Shown: one piece after another, positions 59,001 to 64,000 of the stretch
How the letters are laid out: every line of letters starts with the position of its first letter
Numbering within the stretch: the first letter of the stretch is position 1
Source of the DNA: Leptogorgia sarmentosa
Lineage: Eukaryota
NCBI GenBank assembly: GCA_964658305.1
Contig: OZ210885.1
Coordinates: 9,672,001-9,736,000 of the forward strand
Reading direction: 5' to 3'
DNA: 64,000 nt
Notes under the pieces: generated by a model
Seen by the model: only the letters and a program-made list of their open reading frames with translations
What the model was told of the DNA's origin: nothing
Database searches by the model: none
Position numbers and translations under genes: made by a program

Positions 59001-61873
59001 ATATTAGCTCATATCCTGCTAGTACAGAAGTTGTAAACAAAATGACAGAAAGAGCGAAGCCGACATTGAAGTTTTCAACAGTTAAAAACGTCTTTGCGAT
59101 CGATTAAAAGAGTAAAATTCAAGAAGTTTAGTGAGTAAATGTTAATTGTGCAGTTTGTGAATCTGGAAAACCGGACTCGACGCTGTAATATTCATGGCTT
59201 GACTGAGTTGGATCGCTTGTTGCTGTTTGTTGACATTTTACAACGGTAAAATTTGTGTTGTAGCTACTTTCAAATGCAGAAAAATACTGATGAAAACTGC
59301 TGAAATTTAAAACTAGCTATAGTTAGACGAAACGTCGACTATTTTAATTCCGTAACTGTTGTTTTTTCCGTGGTTTTTGGCGTGTATTTATCAAGTAAAA
59401 CTGTTTTAAATTTGTAAATATGTCGATTTCAAAGCGATAGAACACTTTGAAATTATATTCAGTTATTAACTAATTAACAAACAAATTTGGAAGTTGTTTT
59501 TGTCCAGTGCTTGTGTACATAATAAAACAGTTATTCTGCTCACTCTCGTCGTATATGACTGATAGTCGACTCGGCGCTACGCGCCTCGTCGACTATCAGC
59601 GCATATACGGCTCGAGTTCGCAGAATAACTGTTAAATATCATGCGAAAGCCGAATCCAATAATTGTTTTATTATACATTTAAAAGAGAGTTCACTTTCAT
59701 TCAGCGAAGCAAATCTGTTACAGGCCATTGTTTGTTTGTTTGTTTTTTTCGCGCGCTTTTAGCTTCAAGCTTTTGACAGCGCTAGGGCCAGGGCACGAGA
59801 GAGTCCAATAATTTTTTTTTTGGATGCAAGTTCGATCCAAAAAAATAATTATTGGACGCTGATGACGTCATCGGCGGAAAATACGTAATAAATACCGAAT
59901 ATTGAGAATTAGGTGCTATCTGACCAATCAGGAACGAGAATAAATTTTAAATGTATAAGAATAAACAATTATTGAATGAGGCCGAGTAGGATATGAGGAA
60001 TTTTTCAGGCCGAGGTTTGTGTTATGTGTTATAACACAAACCGAGGCCTGAATAATTCCCATATCCTACGAGGACCAAATTAATAATTGTTTTATTATTT
60101 ATTTGTATATAGCGCTTGCAAAAACACTCAATTGCAAGGTACTGAAAATAGAACAATAATATAGTGTTCGCAAGATTGAATAAGCCAATCAGACTACAAG
60201 AGAAAATGTTTTTATAGCTGTTGTACATTTCAAGGTCGCAGTCAGAGCAATTCAACATAGCTAAACAAAAATTAAATCAAACAAATTTATTTCAACTCAA
60301 TATAAACGTTTGGAAGAACCTTTCCTTTGAGGAAGCCATTTGTATTTTTCACAATTTTCCCGCTTTTGGCATATGCAGAATAAATTAGTCGACGTCATAA
60401 TGTCGTATAATTTTCAATATGCGACATAATTACGTCATAATGTCGTATATGAGGATTTATTGCACTGCTCTTAACCAATCAAAACTCTTCAATTGTTTGA
60501 AATAAATAATAATTAACAGTTATTCTGCGAACTCGAGTCGTATATGCTATTTCGGCAATTTCAGAGTCATTTCAGAATCTTATTAAAATAAATGCACAAT
60601 ATAGCTTCCTTTAGAACTCACTTAAGATTTCGTTGAAATCCAGCATAAAATTAGGACAATATACTCATTTAAATTGTTAGCTACACGTTCGTTATATTTA
60701 TAGTTCACAAATCGCAATCTTTTGACTGCGGCCAAAACGCCGGAAGTAAAATGTGCGTGCCTAAAACAACAAAGGCTCCGACGTCAAATTATCCATAAAC
60801 CTACACCGATCTACCTATTAATCAAGAAGCAAGTTTGTAACATCGTCGACGACAAAAGACACGCACATTTTAAGACTCCGCTGCACGGCTATGCCTACGC
60901 AGGGAGGTTAAAAAGGCTTTCTTAGGGCCTGTTTATATGTTCCCACTCACCCGGGATTCAATGAAGCGCAAAATGATTTTGAGGTATTGAAATGAGTCAT
61001 CATTTATGATTTGAAGAAATGCTAAACTGCTGGTTGCTCAAGATTTTGTTCTGCTGAAATATCAAACACGCAAGATGTTGTTGGGCATGAATTTTTATAA
61101 AATATATCTTTTTTGTTGATTTGTACTAAAAGTGTCCTAACTTTGGTTGTTTCGTTTCATGAACGTTACTCATTTCAATACCTCCAAATCATTTGACGCT
61201 TCATTGAATCCCGGTTAAGAGGGATCGTATAAACAGGCCCTTGAAGTGCAAGCTTGACTTTGCGTGCTGTACGTCACATGTAGGCTCTATGTTGATCACA
61301 TGTAAAGTGTGCCGCGCTGTAATCTTAGAGGTCACTGATATAATGAATGGCCTCAAGTCTCGCCCGGTGACGCATCACAGTAGTAATAAATAATTTAATA
61401 ACACAACATTGTCACGACCCTTTATTACGCGTTTGGTAGATTTATCGTGGGCGTTGTAGTTCATGACAACAATTCTATTTTTGCAGCATGTGCGCATGCT
61501 AATGTTTTTCTTCTAGTTTTCCAATGTTATTCACTGGAACCCTTCAGCTAATACTCGATGAATTACGCGATCACACCTTGTGCAATTGAGATTAGAAAAT
61601 AAAATAATAACAGTTAAATTATTTACCTAATATAGCCACAAGGTTGCCAGAATTGTTAATTCTTGAAACTTTCTCAGTGTTGAAAAGATTGGTGCTTTGT
61701 TTCTCGTCGTCGTTCAAGTTCCACTTTGTGATCTCTCCAGCTGTACCATGAAAATATTCGAGCGGATAAACACAAAAAAGGGAGTTCTGGACCACGCGCA
61801 TTGTTTCAATTCTCTCCTTTATATCAACATCTTCGTAACTATGCACGACTCCGTTTGCATTTATCCGATCAAT
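56067..61873 (-). CDS. Last two exons (61873-61627, 56380-56067) of an upstream WD40 gene, probably a tandem paralogue of the STAND gene
   Basis: GT-AG, phase 1 junction gives LVAILG|RGSLVIENF; terminal IRALALAPGREFILSCLIRDKTLKLWKL...CVGLAGGRVCFLRL then stop, a typical STAND-WD40 C-terminus. Confidence 0.75.
57005..58005. mobile_element. Helentron/DINE-1-like non-autonomous element
   Basis: 5' GTATCTGCGAA plus its adjacent inverted copy (57010-57031), 3' TTCGCAGATAC (57977-57987) followed by a small hairpin, T-rich flanks, internal tandem repeat. Confidence 0.5.
57729..57850. repeat. 23-bp tandem repeat x5 containing TTAGGG
   Basis: Unit GGGTTCGATTAGTTTCATATTTA. Confidence 0.9.
58900..60550. 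mobile_element. Cluster of nested Crypton-like palindromic elements
   Basis: Element ~58937-59638 (hairpin centred on GCGCTACGCGC) interrupts another; further hairpin at 59962-60095; CCAATCA boxes; 60513-60548 repeats the 59600-59636 end in inverted orientation. Confidence 0.55.
60925..61240. mobile_element. PIF/Harbinger-like MITE
   Basis: GGGCCTGTTTATA ... TATAAACAGGCCC with ~70-bp imperfect arms; flanks TTA and TTG. Confidence 0.7.
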
Positions 61874-62030
61874 CTGTCAAAATAATCAAACCACTGCTCA
61901 ATATAACGTCTGTTCCATAGACAAACTACAATTCAGTGGAATATCTATATATACGTCTTATATGTCGTAAAGCAAACTACATACAAGCTCTTTTATACCT
62001 ACATCTATGGTTGTCATGGGATCCTTAATG

Positions 62031-62831
62031 CAGCGCCGGATTAACCCGTCATTGGGCCGGGGACAAACAAAAAGTAAAGGGCCGTAATTTGGTGAAAATG
62101 AAAACATGAAACATATACGTAATGAAATTGAAAGTCTTGCCCATTGTATAGTCAAAAACGATAATATGCATGAACATAGGGAATAGCATTTTAACGTGAA
62201 AGTGGCATTTACCACAGCGACATTAACTTAAGCGAGTCTAGTATTTCGTGTTCAATGCTAAGCATAAGCGTACGTGGTACATTTTTTACGAGGGGGGCAG
62301 AAAGTTTATCTTTGCCCGAATTTGAGGGGAGCGAATGTCACGAGGCGCCACCATGCTTGGCGCCGAGCGAGAAATTTTTGAACTTTTACAACCTCGGATT
62401 GCCGGAAACGGCGATTTCAAAGTCCTAAGTCCACTTTCTTAGTACGCTCGTTCAGGTGAACGACCGGAGGATTGTTGACATTACCTTATTCCTTCAACCT
62501 ATTCCCCATGTTGCCCGAATTATGCTCAAAATCAGTGCCCGAATTTTCCAATTTGAATTTTTTTGGGGCCGCCCGCCTCGTACGGCTATGATGCTAAGTA
62601 GATTGAAGTTTGCAATCTTATCGTTGTCTATAGACGCAGACAATTCTTGAGTAATTTAGGACTCTAGAATTTCCTGTCTTTCAACTGACCAATTTTTAAT
62701 CAAAATTTGTTTTTTCGAAACCAACAGTAACTGAAATTTTTTATACATTGTTTTTCCAGGGCCGGTAAACAAGCTTTTGAGCTGGGGCCGGGGGCAAATG
62801 CCCCCATTGCCCCCTAGATAATCCGGCACAG
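62031..62831. mobile_element. hAT-type MITE
   Basis: TIR CAGCGCCGGATTA / TAATCCGGCACAG; exact 8-bp TSD CCTTAATG. Confidence 0.85.
62263..62590. mobile_element. hAT-type MITE nested in the previous one
   Basis: TIR CATAAGCGTACGTGG / CCTCGTACGGCTATG; exact 8-bp TSD ATGCTAAG. Confidence 0.85.
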
Positions 62832-64000
62832 CCTTAATGGATCACTCTAATTACTATATTTTTTTGTTCTTTTCATAATTATTATAATTACTCCTATTAT
62901 ACCTATAAACAAAATGCTATTAATATTCTATTCTATTCTGTTCTTAACAACGTCTTTCCATTAAATATTTTCCCCACAAAATGATATGAACGCCAATCCA
63001 GTTATAAAAGCTTATTATTACGTATTTTAAATTCGAGAATTCCTTTCGAACTATTTTCTATTATTCTTGCTTGGTTACGTCAAACAGCTCATAAAGTAGC
63101 AAAATGAACAAAAAATCAGCCGTCAGAATCGAAGTTCTTGAATTCATAATATGTATTTAAAATGAATGAAGGCAAGAGGTAAATCGTGGTGGGGGGATGA
63201 CACAAGCATCGAGAGGGAGGGGGATGACACAAGTCACCAACTGTTTTGGCTGAAAGGATGAATATTGTGTCGTCCCCTAACGTTTTAACAGACAATTCAC
63301 CGAGCATTTGCATTTATATTTATCAAGTATAATGTACTTTATGTGCAGGAAACATTGTGTGTAAATCTAATTGAACTCTTGCGTTTAGCAATTACAATGC
63401 ATCTATATTTCAGCAGTCACGTTCACTAAATTACAGTTAAATTACTGCAATACGTGTGGAAAATGATTAATAAATGAACATGAAGGTTAATTCTATTCAA
63501 ATTGCTGTTTTTGCGTTACGCACATGGTTAAAAAATCTTTATTACGCTGTTAATTTGCTTCACATGCAATGAAGGTTACAATTGAACAATTAAACAGATT
63601 TATTTAATTGATGTAATTCGCCCAGTGAACTCAAATAAAACTGGAACGCTAGCTTCAGGTAAACATGCCCATAATGCCTGAAGCCAAGATGGCGGAAATT
63701 GAAGCCTCTCTTGTAGGTATAAAACACGCGTGTTTTTTGCGTGGGGTAGTCACGAAGGGTGAAAGCATGGCGACGAAACGCCGACGATGTTGTGGAAACT
63801 CGTTGTTCAAATGCGGAAATTTTGTAGTTTTTGTTTGAATTATGCAGGATTTTTACGCTATTTCTAAATCATTTTCAAAGGACAGTTTATTTCTAAATAA
63901 CAATTTACAATCGATCGAATATTTATCTTATTTTGTGAGGATACAATGTCTTCAATGTATTTGGACAAAATTCGAACGTTCAGAGTGAACTTCAACAAAT

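Overview
AT-rich, intron- and transposon-rich animal genomic DNA; the repeat and gene types suggest a cnidarian or other marine invertebrate (inference). The main host gene is on the minus strand. I reconstructed it by hand as 14 GT-AG, phase-compatible exons from 41444 to 3243 (at least 1583 codons, 3' end apparently off the left edge). It encodes an Apaf-1-like STAND protein with the order HEPN-like domain (RNPWAH, an R-x4-H motif) - His-heptad coiled coil - NB-ARC - WD40 repeats, i.e. a putative RNase domain where Apaf-1 has a CARD. The last two exons of a probable tandem paralogue lie at 56067-61873. Intron 12 holds a nest of elements: a TIR element interrupted by a full-length CR1/L2-group LINE (ORF1 and ORF2 in one frame, separated by a single TGA) and by a 3.27-kb element with Polinton/Maverick-type ends (AGTAGG termini, 6-bp TSD, ~1.25-kb TIRs) carrying only small zinc-finger genes. 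Upstream is an intact 5.2-kb hAT transposon (8-bp TSD) whose spliced transposase has an N-terminal OTU/vertnin-like protease domain. There are also many MITEs, Crypton-like palindromic elements and a DIRS/Ngaro recombinase relic. All family assignments come from motif recognition, not database searches.
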